DNA of 64,000 bases from Candidatus Eiseniibacteriota bacterium. GTDB taxonomy: Bacteria; Eisenbacteria; RBG-16-71-46; CAZAMP01. The stretch is taken from NCBI GenBank assembly GCA_965224245.1, contig OZ245046.1, forward strand, positions 3,872,001-3,936,000, in the 5' to 3' direction. Positions 21,478 to 32,265 of the stretch are shown piece by piece (the stretch's first letter is position 1; each line of letters starts with the position of its first letter). The position numbers and the translations under genes were made by a program. Below the pieces are notes generated by a model, which searched no databases, was not told where the DNA came from, and saw nothing but the letters and a program-made list of their open reading frames with translations.

Positions 21478-21597
21478 GAGGCATCCTCCCCGGCTCTCGG
21501 TGACCATCCATGGCGCGCCCGGCGCGCCGATTGACACAATTCGTTACATGCCAACGATTTGTATACGAGAAACGGGCTCTCGCGGCAACGCCGGGAA

Positions 21598-21606
21598 TGC
21601 TATCAT
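21598..21606 (+). promoter_or_regulatory. Putative extended -10 promoter (TGnTATCAT)
   Basis: tgctatcat about 75 nt upstream of the ATG at 21680, which has an AGGAGG SD. Confidence 0.4.
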
Positions 21607-21679
21607 CCTTTCGTTCCCGGCACGCCCCGTCCGGCTGCGATGGCAATCCTCGCAACGCCATCGCCCCAGGAGGATCCCC

Positions 21680-22945
21680 ATGAATCGTCCGATCATACGT
21701 CGGTCGACGCTGGTCGGCCTCGCGGCGGCGATCGCCGTCCTCGCGATCGGGTGCTCACCGGCGACCGATCCCGAGACACCCTCGGCGCAGGACGGCGCCG
21801 ATCAGTATACGGGGACGATCGATCCCGGCGACGCAACGTTCGTCCTGCGACGGATCACCGAGCCGGTTCCCGACCGCGAGCCGATCGCGATCGACCTGAT
21901 CGGACGCCGCATCGAGGCGAACCCGCTCGACGACACGGTCTTGATCGAGGTCGCCATCGCCAACGCGTGGACCGAGCCGCTCCACGGACCCGCCATCGTC
22001 TGGCTCGAGCGTCTGGTGCCCCGAGGGGTCTACGTCCAGAACCCCGACATCGTGGAATCGCCCGACGACTCGACCGGCATCGCCGGCCCCGGTGCGGTCG
22101 GCTTCGACTACACCGACGCGCTCGGCGACGACGGCGTCCTGAGCCCCGGCGAGACCTCCGAGTTCAAGGCCTGGGTGTTCCGATCCCCCGAGCTCGGCGC
22201 GTTCTCGTTCGACGCGCGAGCCGAGCTCTCGCTGGAGCCCGAGCGCGCTCGCATCTCGGGCATCGTCTTCGGCGACGGCAACGCGAACGGCCGGCGTGAC
22301 GACGACGAGCCCCCGATCGCCGGCGCCATCGTCCAGGTCGAGGGCCCGCTCGGCGACGTGGTCCGGGTCACCACGAACGAGCGCGGCTTCTACCGGTACG
22401 CGGCGTCGTGGCCCGGACTCCACACGCTGACCGTCACGCGGCCACACCTGCCGGGCGAGTGCTTCACGACCCCGAACCCGCTGGAGGTCGTGCTGCCCCC
22501 GGATCGACCGACGGGGCTGACCAGCTTCGACGGCGCTCACTTCGGCATCCTCCCGCGATGCGGAGGCGGCGGTGACGGCGACGTGCCTCACGTGATCCTC
22601 GTCGACGGCGACCTGGGCGACGTCGCGCAGGATCCGTACCGTCTCGAGTCCCTCCATCTCGAGGGCGACGTGCTGTCGATGCGGATCGAGATGAGCGGCT
22701 GCTCACCGGACCTCCCGTTCCGGATGGTGGTGTCGACGGCGTTCATGGAGTCGTTGCCGGTGCAGACGAGAGCCGTGCTCTCGTACCGGACCGACGACTG
22801 CGACGCGGCCTGGATGACGTCACGGGCGTTCGATCTCTCGCCGCTCCGTCGCGCCTACGTGGCGGCGTACGGCGAGCCCGGGGAGATCGTCATCCGGCTG
22901 GAGACCCCGCACGGCGACGAGCACGAGATCCTGTTCGGCCCCTGA
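21680..22945 (+). CDS. Lipoprotein with SdrD B-like/prealbumin-like domain
   Basis: Lipobox-like LAIGC; ISG.VF.DGNANGRRD..EP.IAG...TTNERGFY. Confidence 0.75.
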   Translation: MNRPIIRRSTLVGLAAAIAVLAIGCSPATDPETPSAQDGADQYTGTIDPGDATFVLRRITEPVPDREPIAIDLIGRRIEANPLDDTVLIEVAIANAWTEPLHGPAIVWLERLVPRGVYVQNPDIVESPDDSTGIAGPGAVGFDYTDALGDDGVLSPGETSEFKAWVFRSPELGAFSFDARAELSLEPERARISGIVFGDGNANGRRDDDEPPIAGAIVQVEGPLGDVVRVTTNERGFYRYAASWPGLHTLTVTRPHLPGECFTTPNPLEVVLPPDRPTGLTSFDGAHFGILPRCGGGGDGDVPHVILVDGDLGDVAQDPYRLESLHLEGDVLSMRIEMSGCSPDLPFRMVVSTAFMESLPVQTRAVLSYRTDDCDAAWMTSRAFDLSPLRRAYVAAYGEPGEIVIRLETPHGDEHEILFGP

Positions 22946-23062
22946 CCGGAGGGGCCGGATGATCCCGTCGGCCATCCGGGCGTGAGCCTGGCCGAGTCCC
23001 GCCGGCGCACGTAGAATGCGACCGTCGACCGCACAGAGGCCCCGACCGGAGAGATCGCCGAC

Positions 23063-25147
23063 ATGACGCCTTCTCGCGCCCAGCTCCTCCGCCGGGGATC
23101 GCGCACGACCCGCCCCACGCACGAGGGCGTCGTCCATGACGCGCCGCCGCTTCCGATGACCCGGGAGGAGATGGACGCGCGCGGCTGGGACGCCGTCGAC
23201 GTCGTGTTCGTGACCGGCGACGCGTACGTGGATCATCCGAGCTTCGCGATGGCGCTCCTGGGGCGCGTGCTCGAGGCCGACGGCTTCCGCGTCGCGATCC
23301 TCAGCCAGCCCGACTGGCACAGTGCCGACGACTGGCGGCGTTTCGGGCGCCCTCGCCTCTTCTTCGCGATCTCCGCCGGCAACATGGACTCGATGATCAA
23401 CCACTACACGGCGAGCCGGAAGGTCCGCAACGACGACGCCTACTCCCCGGACGGCGCCATCGGCCGCCGACCCGATCGCTGCACGCTGGCCTACTGTCAG
23501 CGCGCGCGCGAGGCGTACAAGGGTGTGCCGATCATCGCGGGCGGCGTGGAGGCCAGCCTTCGACGGCTCGCGCACTACGACTACTGGAGCGACACGGTCC
23601 GCCGGCCGATCCTGATGGACTCGAAGGCCGATCTCCTCGTGTTCGGCATGGGCGAGCGCGCCATCGTCGAGATTGCCGAGCGGCTGCGATCGGGCGACTC
23701 GGTGGCCGATCTCCGCGGGATGCGCGGCGTGGCGTATCCCCTTGGGGCGAGTGCGCCCCCCCCGCCCGACGGCCAGGACTTCATCCATCTGCCCGCCTAC
23801 GAGGAGGTCGCCCGGGATCCGATCGCGTTCTGCCGGATGACGCGGATCGCTCACCGCGAGACGAACCCGTACAACGCGAAGGGGCTCGTCCAGAGCTGCG
23901 GGAACGGCTCGGTCGTCGTGAACCCGCCAGCGCTTCCACTGGACCAGCCTCAGATGGATCACGTCTACGACCTGCCCTACACGGGTCGGCCGCACCCCTC
24001 GTACGGCGATGCCAGGATCCCCGCGTTCGAGGTCATCCGCGACTCGGTACAGATCATGCGCGGCTGCTTCGGGGGCTGCACGTTCTGCTCGATCACCGCG
24101 CACGAGGGACGGATCATCCAGAGCCGATCGCGCGAGTCGGTGCTGCGCGAGATCCGGAAGAAGACGTCCGACCGGGCGTTCAAGGGCGTCATCAGCGACA
24201 TCGGCGGCCCCACCGCCAACATGTACGAGATGCGCTGCACCAAGCCCGAGGTCGAGAAGATCTGTCGCCGTCTGAGCTGTGTGCACCCCACCGTCTGCAA
24301 GCTCCTCGGCACCAGCCACGGTCCGCTGAAGACGCTGATGCGCGAGGCGCGCTCGGTGCCGGGGGTCAAGAAGGTGCTGGTCGCGTCGGGCATCCGCATG
24401 GATCTGGCTCGCCGGGACCCCGAGTACATGAGCGAGCTCGTCACGCACCACGTGGGGGGATACCTGAAGGTCGCGCCCGAGCACACCGATCCGCGCGTGC
24501 TCGATCTGATGAAGAAGCCCGCGAACGACGACTTCGAGAAGTTCGGCGAGGCGTTCCACGCGGCATCGCGAGAGGCCGGCAAGGAGCAGTACCTGATCCC
24601 GTACTACATCGCCAGCCACCCGGGAAGCGACCTGGCGGCGATGATCGATCTCGCCCTCTTCCTGAAGCGAAACGGCTACAAGCCCGACCAGGTCCAGGAC
24701 TTCATCCCCAGCCCGTTCGACATCGCCGCGTGCATGTACCACACCGGCTACGACCCGATGACGATGAAGCCCACGTTCGTGGCCAGGCACCTCCGCGATC
24801 GGAAGCTGCAGCGCGCGTTGATGCAGTACTTCAAGCCGGAGAACTGGTTCGAGGTGCAGAAGGCGCTGCGCAAGGCGGGGCGCGCCGATCTGATCGGCGA
24901 CGGGTGTGACTGCCTGATCCCGTCACGTCCGCCACGCGCCGCGCTCGACCGGCGGCGACGGAGCGCGCGGATGGCCCTGGCCGACCAGACCGAGGGCGAT
25001 CACGTGCGTGGCCGGCCCGGCGCAGGCTACCGTCCCCATCGTCGATCGTCCGGTCGGCGCAGCCGCTCTCCACGAGCCCGATCCGATCGCGAGCGCTCCG
25101 GTGCCCGATCCCGCCGGGGGCGACCCGAGCGCGATCCGTCGGCCTGA
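23063..25147 (+). CDS. ygiQ: YgiQ-family radical SAM protein
   Basis: [63 protein letters not shown]. Confidence 0.95.
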   Translation: MTPSRAQLLRRGSRTTRPTHEGVVHDAPPLPMTREEMDARGWDAVDVVFVTGDAYVDHPSFAMALLGRVLEADGFRVAILSQPDWHSADDWRRFGRPRLFFAISAGNMDSMINHYTASRKVRNDDAYSPDGAIGRRPDRCTLAYCQRAREAYKGVPIIAGGVEASLRRLAHYDYWSDTVRRPILMDSKADLLVFGMGERAIVEIAERLRSGDSVADLRGMRGVAYPLGASAPPPPDGQDFIHLPAYEEVARDPIAFCRMTRIAHRETNPYNAKGLVQSCGNGSVVVNPPALPLDQPQMDHVYDLPYTGRPHPSYGDARIPAFEVIRDSVQIMRGCFGGCTFCSITAHEGRIIQSRSRESVLREIRKKTSDRAFKGVISDIGGPTANMYEMRCTKPEVEKICRRLSCVHPTVCKLLGTSHGPLKTLMREARSVPGVKKVLVASGIRMDLARRDPEYMSELVTHHVGGYLKVAPEHTDPRVLDLMKKPANDDFEKFGEAFHAASREAGKEQYLIPYYIASHPGSDLAAMIDLALFLKRNGYKPDQVQDFIPSPFDIAACMYHTGYDPMTMKPTFVARHLRDRKLQRALMQYFKPENWFEVQKALRKAGRADLIGDGCDCLIPSRPPRAALDRRRRSARMALADQTEGDHVRGRPGAGYRPHRRSSGRRSRSPRARSDRERSGARSRRGRPERDPSA

Positions 25148-26904
25148 TGCCCCTCCGGGGCACGTCCCGGTGCTCCGCGGGGCTTCCGGGTGGGCTTTCG
25201 AAAGCCGCCCTCGCGGGGCCCTCGGTCCCGTCCCCGCTCGGGTCGGCTCGGACGCGGACGACCGGTGCACCGCGTCATCCGTAGCTGTCGGCCCGAGACC
25301 CACACCTTTCCCAGCGTCCGGCGCACGGGGTCGGGCATGTCGACCGGCAGATCCACGATGCTCCACTCCTCACGGATGTCGATCCGGCCGATGTACCGCC
25401 GATCCAGATCGGCCACGTTCGCGATGGCGCCCACCAGGTTTCCCGGCTCCACGCCGTGTGCGCGACCGACCTCGACCCGATAGGGCTCGAACGCGACCCC
25501 GGGGAGTCGCCCGCGCCGCTCCGGCTTGCGCGACGCCGCCGGTCGGGTCGGCCTCGCCCCCCTCCGGCGATGCGTCGGCTCGGACACGAGGAGCGGCGTG
25601 TCGCCCTGGACGAGCCTGGCCAGCGCCGCGGCGATCTCCATCGCGGACGCGCCGGTCTCGACCCGATAACGCTCGACCAGCTCGGTGAACGTGGTCAGGC
25701 CGCCCGCCTCGCGCGCGGACGTGATCCGATCCATGAACCGTTCCACGCGCCTGGCGTTGACCGCATGGATGGGCGGGAGCTCGGTCTCGATCAGCCGTCC
25801 CCCGACGCCGCGCTCGAGGCTGCGGAGCTTCGGGAGCTCGCGCCGCGTGACGAACGAGATGGCATCGCCGGCCCGGCCGGCACGGCCGGTACGACCGATG
25901 CGGTGGACGTACGACGCGGCGTCGCCCGGCATGTCGTAGTTGAACACGTGGCTGACGCGCTCGACGTCCAGTCCCCTGGCCGCCACGTCGGTCGCCACGA
26001 TCACGTCGATCTTGCCGCGCTTGAGATCCTCGACCGTGGCTTCCCGCTGGCTCTGCGGCACGTCACCGTTCAGGGGCGCACACACGATCCCGCGCGTGGC
26101 GAGCGAGGCCGCCAGCGTCGTCGTGACCGCCTTGGTCCGCACGAAGACCAGCGCACCGTCGACGGGCTCGGTCTCGAGGAACCGTGAGAGCGCGTCCAGC
26201 TTGTGCGCGTCGTCGGCGATCCAGTAGCGCTGCCGGATGGTCACGGCGGGAGCGCTCCTTTGGCCGACGGTGATCTCGACCGGCTCGCGGAGGTGCTGCT
26301 CGGCGATGCGGCGGATCGGGGCCGGAATGGTGGCCGAGAACAGGGCCGTCTGCCGTGCCGGCGGGGATTCGCGCAGCACCCACTCGATGTCCTCGACGAA
26401 CCCCATCTGGAGCATCTCGTCGGCCTCGTCGAGAACCACCGCTCGGAGCTCGTCGAGCACCAGCCGCTGGCGACGCATGTGGTCCATGATGCGTCCCGGC
26501 GTTCCGACGACGACGTGCGCTCCCCGCCGGAGCGCTCGGATCTGCCCGCCGTACTCCTGCCCGCCGTACACGGCGAGCACGCGGAGGTTCTCCAGGTGCG
26601 CCGCATACCGCTCGAACGCCGCCGCGACCTGGACGGCCAGCTCGCGCGTGGGGGTCAGGACCAGCACCTGGGGCGAAGCCCGGGACGCGTCGATGCCTGC
26701 CAGCAGCGGCAGTGCGAAGGCCGCCGTCTTGCCGGTCCCGGTCTGAGCCTGGCCCACGACGTCGCGTCCGGCCAGGAGCGGCGGGATCGTCTCGATCTGG
26801 ATCGGGGTGGGCGACACGTAGCCGGCATCGCGCAGCGCGGAGAGGAGCGGTTCGGACAGGCCGAACGCATCGAACGATGGCGCCACGGGCGCTTGGATAT
26901 TCAT
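25027..26904 (-). CDS. deaD: DEAD-box RNA helicase DeaD/CsdA with DbpA-type RNA-binding domain
   Basis: [50 protein letters not shown]. Confidence 0.93.
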   Translation of the reverse strand: MNIQAPVAPSFDAFGLSEPLLSALRDAGYVSPTPIQIETIPPLLAGRDVVGQAQTGTGKTAAFALPLLAGIDASRASPQVLVLTPTRELAVQVAAAFERYAAHLENLRVLAVYGGQEYGGQIRALRRGAHVVVGTPGRIMDHMRRQRLVLDELRAVVLDEADEMLQMGFVEDIEWVLRESPPARQTALFSATIPAPIRRIAEQHLREPVEITVGQRSAPAVTIRQRYWIADDAHKLDALSRFLETEPVDGALVFVRTKAVTTTLAASLATRGIVCAPLNGDVPQSQREATVEDLKRGKIDVIVATDVAARGLDVERVSHVFNYDMPGDAASYVHRIGRTGRAGRAGDAISFVTRRELPKLRSLERGVGGRLIETELPPIHAVNARRVERFMDRITSAREAGGLTTFTELVERYRVETGASAMEIAAALARLVQGDTPLLVSEPTHRRRGARPTRPAASRKPERRGRLPGVAFEPYRVEVGRAHGVEPGNLVGAIANVADLDRRYIGRIDIREEWSIVDLPVDMPDPVRRTLGKVWVSGRQLRMTRCTGRPRPSRPERGRDRGPREGGFRKPTRKPRGAPGRAPEGHQADGSRSGRPRRDRAPERSRSDRARGERLRRPDDRRWGR

Positions 26905-27089
26905 GGTCTCTGGTCCCGAGGTGGACGAAGAAGTCGGCCCTCAGCACCAGCGCGTGCGGGATACCTGGGCGGAAACGCGACGCGAGAGTGTACGCGGTTT
27001 CGGGCACCCCCGGGGAGATTTCTCCGGTACGCTTCGTCGAACATCGCCGACCCAGCCCCGGGCCGGTGTGCGATCTGACGAGGACCGGA

Positions 27090-30000
27090 ATGTCACACGC
27101 CCGACGCGATCGCGTGGAAGCACTGTTTCAACGCGCCGCGGACCTACCGGCGTCCCGGCGGGCATCGTTTCTGGAGTCCGAGACCGGGGACGACGTCGGT
27201 CTCCGCCATGCGGTGGAGGAGCTGCTCGAGCACATGGAGGCGGCGGGCACCGACTTTCTGCGCACGCTGGTCGCGCGTCACGCCGACGCACTGGGTCGTG
27301 ACCGCGTCGACGACGAGCCACCTCCGGCGCGGCTGGGCGTCTACGAGGTCCGGGGCGAGATCGGGCGCGGCGGCATGGGGGTGGTCTATCGGGCCCACGA
27401 CCCGCGGCTGGCGCGGGACGTCGCCATCAAGGTCGTACCGAGCGCGCTCGCGCGAGATCCCGAGTGGCAGGCGCGCATCCGGCGGGAGGCTCGCCTCCTG
27501 GCGTCGGTGAACCACCCGAACATCGCGACCATCCACTCGCTCGAGGAATCGGGCGGCGCGTCGTTCATCACGATGGAGCTCCTCGAGGGCGATCTCCTGG
27601 CGACCGCGATCGCGAGCGGAACGCTCACCCTCGACCGGACGCTCGCGATCGCCGATCAGCTGGCGGCCGCACTGGAGGCCGCCCACCGCCGCGACGTGGC
27701 CCACCGGGACCTGAAGCCGGGCAACGTGATCCTGACCCGCGAGGGCCTGGTGAAGGTACTCGACTTCGGTCTGGCCACGCTCGTGCGCGCACCGTCGGCG
27801 GGTGCCGACGAGCCGATCTCCGGCACGCCCGGATATGTGAGCCCCGAGCAGCTCGAGGGCGCTCGCGGCGATCATCGGGCCGACATCTGGGCGTTCGGGT
27901 GCGTCCTCTACGAGTGCCTCAGCGGGCGGCAGGCGTTCGCCGCGGATTCCCTGCCGGATCAGCTGGCCAGGACGCTTCGCTCCGAGCCGGACTGGACCGC
28001 CCTGCCCTCCGGTCTCTCCGAGCGGTTCCTGAACGTGCTGCGGCGATGCCTCGTCAAGTCGCCCGACGAGCGCGTCGACTCGATCGCGATCGTCCGCAGG
28101 GAGGTCGAGGAGGAGATCGCGCGCCGCTCCAGACCGGCCGGCGTCGACGCACACGAGCTCAGGGACTCGGACGTTCCGAACAACATCCCGCTCTCCCTGA
28201 CGAGCTTCGTGGGCCGCACCCGGGAGCTGGACGCGCTCGGCGCCCTTCTCGGCGATCACCCCCTGGTCACGCTGGTGGGGCCGGGCGGCGCCGGCAAGTC
28301 CCGGCTCGCGATCGAGGTCGCGCGCCGCCGGCTCGCGGACTTTCCGGACGGCGTCTGGCTGGTCGAGCTCGCCGCCGTGTCGGGCGGGACGCCCTCGGCC
28401 GGCGCCGCCGCCGTGGAGCGAGCGGTGGCGGCGACGCTCGACGTTCGCGACGACGCCGGAGAGGACTCGATGCGGGCGATCTCCCGCTTCCTGTCGAGCA
28501 AGCGCGCGCTCCTGATCCTCGACAACTGCGAGCACGTGGTCGATGCCGCGGCGGCCTTCGTCTCGGCCCTGGGACGCACCGCCGAGCCACTCACCATCCT
28601 CGCCACCAGCCGCGAGGCGCTCGGCGTCACCGGCGAGATCCCCCACGTCGTCTCGCCGATGCGCGAGGGCGCCATCGAGCTGTTCATCGAGCGAGCGGCG
28701 GCGCTCTCCCCGGGCTTCACGCTGGATGAGGGAAACCGCGAGGCGATCGCATCCATCTGTGACCGCCTCGACGGGATTCCGCTCGCCATCGAGCTCGCCG
28801 CCGCGCGCACGCGCGTGCTTCCCCCGAGCGCGATCGCGGCACGTCTGGACGACCGCTTCCGGCTGCTCACGGCGGGCTCCCGGACCGCACTGCCCCGCCA
28901 TCGCACGCTGCGTGCACTGATCGACTGGAGCTACGACCAGCTCGACGAGAACGAGCGCCTGTTCCTGACCCGCCTCTCGGTGTTCGCCGGCGGCTGGACG
29001 CTCGACGCGGCCGAGGCCGTGTGCGCGGGAGGCGGCATCGAGCCATGGGAGGCGCTCGATCTCCTGTCGAGACTGCTCGACAAGTCACTGGCCGAGATGG
29101 TGCCGTCGGACGAGCCGAATGCGCGTGTCCGCTACCGCATGCTCGAGACGGTCCGGGCGTACGCCCGCGAGAAGCTCGAGATCGTCGCGCCGGTGGTCGA
29201 GGCGCACGCGACCTACTTCGCGAGCGTGGCGGCCCAGGCCGACGCGGCGCTCTCGGGACCCGATCAGGCCGACTGGCTCGAGCGGCTCGATCACGACTAC
29301 GAGAACTTCCGGCTGGCGATCGAGATGGGCACACCGACCCGACCCGAGGGCGGCGCCCCGGTCGCGCCGGAGACGCTACGCATGGCCGCGACCCTCGTGC
29401 AGTTCTCGCTGATGCGGGGACGCTGGATCGAGGGACGTCGCCTCGGCGAGGAGGTCCTCGCCCGTCCCGGCGTCGGCGACGTGCGCGACGAGCCGTACGG
29501 CATGCTGGTGCATCGTCTCGGGGCGCTCGCGCAGAACCAGGGCGACAGGCCGGCCGCCCATGCCTGGTTCGACGAGGCGCTCGAGATCTGGGACACGCTC
29601 GGCATCGAGAAGGCGAAGGCCGGCATCCTCAACAACAAGGGCTTGCTCGCGCTCGGTGCCGGCGAGTACGACGAGGCGGGGCGCCTGTTCGAGGCCGCGC
29701 TCGCCGTCAACCGGCGCATCGGGAATCGGGACTGGGAGGCCACTAACCTGAACAACCTGAGCCTCGTGTGCTCCGAGAGCGATCGGCACGACACGGCGGT
29801 GGCCTATCTCGAGGAGGCGCTCGCGATCGGACGCGAGCTCGGCAACACGTACTACGTGGCGACCTTCATCGACAACCTGGCCAACGCCCGCGGGACGCTC
29901 GGCGAGCTGGCCGAGGCGCAGGCACTGCACGAGGAGGGGCTCGAGCTGAACCGCCGGATCGGCAACCTCCAGGGAGTGGCCACGAGCCTGTTGAACCTGG

Positions 30001-30374
30001 GCACGATCGTGATGGATCGCGGCCACGTCGAACGCGCCCACCCGCTCGTCCGGGAGAGCCTGGAGATCAAGCACCGGATGGGGGATGTCCGCGGCGTATT
30101 CCACGCCCTGGAGTCGATGGGAGCGCTCGCCCTGCGGCTGGGTCGGCCCGAGCGGGGCGTCACGATCATCGCCGCCGCGACCGCGCTGCGCGAGAAGCTG
30201 GGGATGCCGGTGAACTCGTCGCAGGCGGAGGCCCGCGAGCGGGAGCTGACGAACGCCGGGTCGCAGCTCGAGCCCGACGCGTTCGACCGGGCGTGGCGGC
30301 GTGGCCAGGAGATGACCGCCGACGAGGCGGTGCGCTTCACGCTCGAGGACGACGCACCGCCCGCGTCGGCGTGA
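27090..30374 (+). CDS. Ser/Thr kinase - P-loop ATPase (STAND-like) - TPR fusion
   Basis: GRGGMG, VAIK, HRDLKPGN, DFG; GPGGAGKS, LILDNCEH, GIPLAIELAAAR; C-terminal TPRs. Confidence 0.92.
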   Translation: MSHARRDRVEALFQRAADLPASRRASFLESETGDDVGLRHAVEELLEHMEAAGTDFLRTLVARHADALGRDRVDDEPPPARLGVYEVRGEIGRGGMGVVYRAHDPRLARDVAIKVVPSALARDPEWQARIRREARLLASVNHPNIATIHSLEESGGASFITMELLEGDLLATAIASGTLTLDRTLAIADQLAAALEAAHRRDVAHRDLKPGNVILTREGLVKVLDFGLATLVRAPSAGADEPISGTPGYVSPEQLEGARGDHRADIWAFGCVLYECLSGRQAFAADSLPDQLARTLRSEPDWTALPSGLSERFLNVLRRCLVKSPDERVDSIAIVRREVEEEIARRSRPAGVDAHELRDSDVPNNIPLSLTSFVGRTRELDALGALLGDHPLVTLVGPGGAGKSRLAIEVARRRLADFPDGVWLVELAAVSGGTPSAGAAAVERAVAATLDVRDDAGEDSMRAISRFLSSKRALLILDNCEHVVDAAAAFVSALGRTAEPLTILATSREALGVTGEIPHVVSPMREGAIELFIERAAALSPGFTLDEGNREAIASICDRLDGIPLAIELAAARTRVLPPSAIAARLDDRFRLLTAGSRTALPRHRTLRALIDWSYDQLDENERLFLTRLSVFAGGWTLDAAEAVCAGGGIEPWEALDLLSRLLDKSLAEMVPSDEPNARVRYRMLETVRAYAREKLEIVAPVVEAHATYFASVAAQADAALSGPDQADWLERLDHDYENFRLAIEMGTPTRPEGGAPVAPETLRMAATLVQFSLMRGRWIEGRRLGEEVLARPGVGDVRDEPYGMLVHRLGALAQNQGDRPAAHAWFDEALEIWDTLGIEKAKAGILNNKGLLALGAGEYDEAGRLFEAALAVNRRIGNRDWEATNLNNLSLVCSESDRHDTAVAYLEEALAIGRELGNTYYVATFIDNLANARGTLGELAEAQALHEEGLELNRRIGNLQGVATSLLNLGTIVMDRGHVERAHPLVRESLEIKHRMGDVRGVFHALESMGALALRLGRPERGVTIIAAATALREKLGMPVNSSQAEARERELTNAGSQLEPDAFDRAWRRGQEMTADEAVRFTLEDDAPPASA

Positions 30375-30410
30375 TCCTCCGGCGACCGGTGCGACGCGCG
30401 GCGCCGCGCC

Positions 30411-30827
30411 TCAGATCCGACCGAGCTGCCGAAGAAGCCCGATGCCGTCCCACTCGCCCCAGCGTTCGGTGATGCGATCGTCGCGGATGCGAACGATCTC
30501 GATCCCCGCGAAGGTCACGACGTTGCCGGACGCCGGGGCTCCCAGGTACGAGCCGCGGTGCGTGCCGGTCGCGACCCAGCGCACGGCGACCGTTCCGGAG
30601 AGAGCATCCACGACGAGATCCTCGACGACGGCCGAGAAGTCCGGGAACGCGGCGTGCAGCTCCTCGATCCCTCGCCGGAACCCGTCGTTCCCGGGATCGC
30701 GACCCGCCGGGGCGTGATCCACGAAGTCGGGCGCATGGAGCTCGTCCACGACCGCGGGGTTGCCGTTCCGCCACCCCTCCTCGATCCAGCGGAGCGTGAT
30801 CCGGCGCAGTCGATCGGAGCGGGTCAC
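30411..30827 (-). CDS. SnoaL-like ester cyclase (NTF2 fold)
   Basis: AAFPD, GTHRG.YLG.PASG, GIEIVRI.D.RITE.W. Confidence 0.9.
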   Translation of the reverse strand: MTRSDRLRRITLRWIEEGWRNGNPAVVDELHAPDFVDHAPAGRDPGNDGFRRGIEELHAAFPDFSAVVEDLVVDALSGTVAVRWVATGTHRGSYLGAPASGNVVTFAGIEIVRIRDDRITERWGEWDGIGLLRQLGRI

Positions 30828-31405
30828 GAGGCCTCCTCGTCGTCGGCCCGAGGGAGGCGATTCGCGGCGCCGATGGCACCGAGCTCACCCTCGGTCAGGT
30901 CGTAGACCGACAGCACCGACAGGATGAACGTCGTCTTGCCGTCCACGTACGCATCGATGTCGTCGGGGTAGGCTCGGGCCAGACGCTGCTTCACTCGTGC
31001 GTACGCCTCGGCATCGTCGGGGTGTGCACGCAGGTGGTCTCGAAACGTCAGATGGTTGCGCAGCCCCAGGCTGCCCCGTGGACACACGTAGAGATGGTGC
31101 GGCGGTGAGCCCTCGGGACGCTGGAACGCCTCACGACCGGTGATCCCCAGGTCACCGAGGTGCCGATACCCGATCGTCGCGAGTCGTTCGATGGTACGAG
31201 GCACGTCGTCCTCGGTGTCGACGACGGCGCTCATGTCGATGATGGGCTTCGCGGCCAGTCCGGGCACCGACGTGCTCCCCACGTGCTCGACCGCGTGCGG
31301 GAGGTCGCCGAGGGCCGTCGAGACGCGCGCCGCGAGCGCCTCGAACAGACGCGGCCAGGCCGGATCGTACTCGACGACGCGGATGCCTCCGGGCCCGTCG
31401 ATCAT
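30824..31405 (-). CDS. GrpB family protein (nucleotidyltransferase-like fold)
   Basis: YDPAWP, EHVGSTSVPGLAAKPIID, FRDHLR.HP, Y..GK. Confidence 0.92.
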   Translation of the reverse strand: MIDGPGGIRVVEYDPAWPRLFEALAARVSTALGDLPHAVEHVGSTSVPGLAAKPIIDMSAVVDTEDDVPRTIERLATIGYRHLGDLGITGREAFQRPEGSPPHHLYVCPRGSLGLRNHLTFRDHLRAHPDDAEAYARVKQRLARAYPDDIDAYVDGKTTFILSVLSVYDLTEGELGAIGAANRLPRADDEEAS

Positions 31406-32199
31406 GGCGTGCCTTCCTCCCCTTCCGGCGCCAGCGCGTCCAGCTCGGCCACGAGCGGCGCCATCGCCTCGACGAGGACACCCGCATCGGTCGGCCGATC
31501 GCGCATCGCGTACACGCGATCGGCCGCCTCGATCGCGGCGTGCCAGCGGCTCGGCAGATGCTCGAGCGCCCAGCGACCGGCCGCACGCTTGGACGTCACG
31601 ACGTCGCGCGTCCGTCGGCTGTAGACGATCCGGCACGCGTTCAGGATCACGAACGCCGTGTAGCCGGGATCGGTTCGGCGCTCGGAGACGACGCTCTCCA
31701 GAAACGCGACCTCCTGGCGCAGACCTTCCCGGAGCTCGCTCCACGACGGAGGGCAGAGGAGGCTCGCGGGCGCGGACCCGGCGAGGATGACGACTCTCCC
31801 GGCGAGCCAGTGCGCCCGGTGGAGCGCCCACGCGCGGTCCACGATGTCGGGCTCGAGCACGTGTGACGGCGGGACGGATCCGCGAGCGGCGCTCTCGGTG
31901 ATGGTCCACGCATCCAGCTCGAGGCCCGCCGCCCGTTCGATACGCTCGTGAAGCGCGCGGATCTCGTTCCTCACCGCCTCGTCGCCCACGGAGGTCGCCG
32001 TGACGGTCGTCGCGACCTCGTCCGCCACGACGGCGTGTGCGTCGACGTCTCCCAGCCGGGCGGGGCGGTCCTCGAACGTGACCGCGCCATACGCCCAGAG
32101 CGCGCGGAGGCGCGTGCCGAGAAGGTCGTTCAACCCGTCGCGCAGCGCGACGAGTGTCCGTCGCGGGCGCTCGGGCAGGGACTCCAGCGAGACGGCCAT
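31402..32199 (-). CDS. Aminoglycoside nucleotidyltransferase-like protein (DUF4111 C-terminus)
   Basis: YGAVT...GDVD, ILNACR, SKRAAGRWAL. Confidence 0.75.
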   Translation of the reverse strand: MAVSLESLPERPRRTLVALRDGLNDLLGTRLRALWAYGAVTFEDRPARLGDVDAHAVVADEVATTVTATSVGDEAVRNEIRALHERIERAAGLELDAWTITESAARGSVPPSHVLEPDIVDRAWALHRAHWLAGRVVILAGSAPASLLCPPSWSELREGLRQEVAFLESVVSERRTDPGYTAFVILNACRIVYSRRTRDVVTSKRAAGRWALEHLPSRWHAAIEAADRVYAMRDRPTDAGVLVEAMAPLVAELDALAPEGEEGTP

Positions 32200-32265
32200 G
32201 CGCAGGCTCCCATCGAGGATGGCCGCATCACGCGCCTCGCGACGCGACCCGATCGATACGTGACA

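Noticed and set aside
21531-21567. TTGACA as a -35 element
   Set aside because: No acceptable -10 at 16-18 bp spacing
23063-25147. YgiQ radical SAM as a maturase for the Cys-rich peptide
   Set aside because: A widespread YgiQ-family enzyme with no SPASM or RRE features, about 30 kb from the peptide
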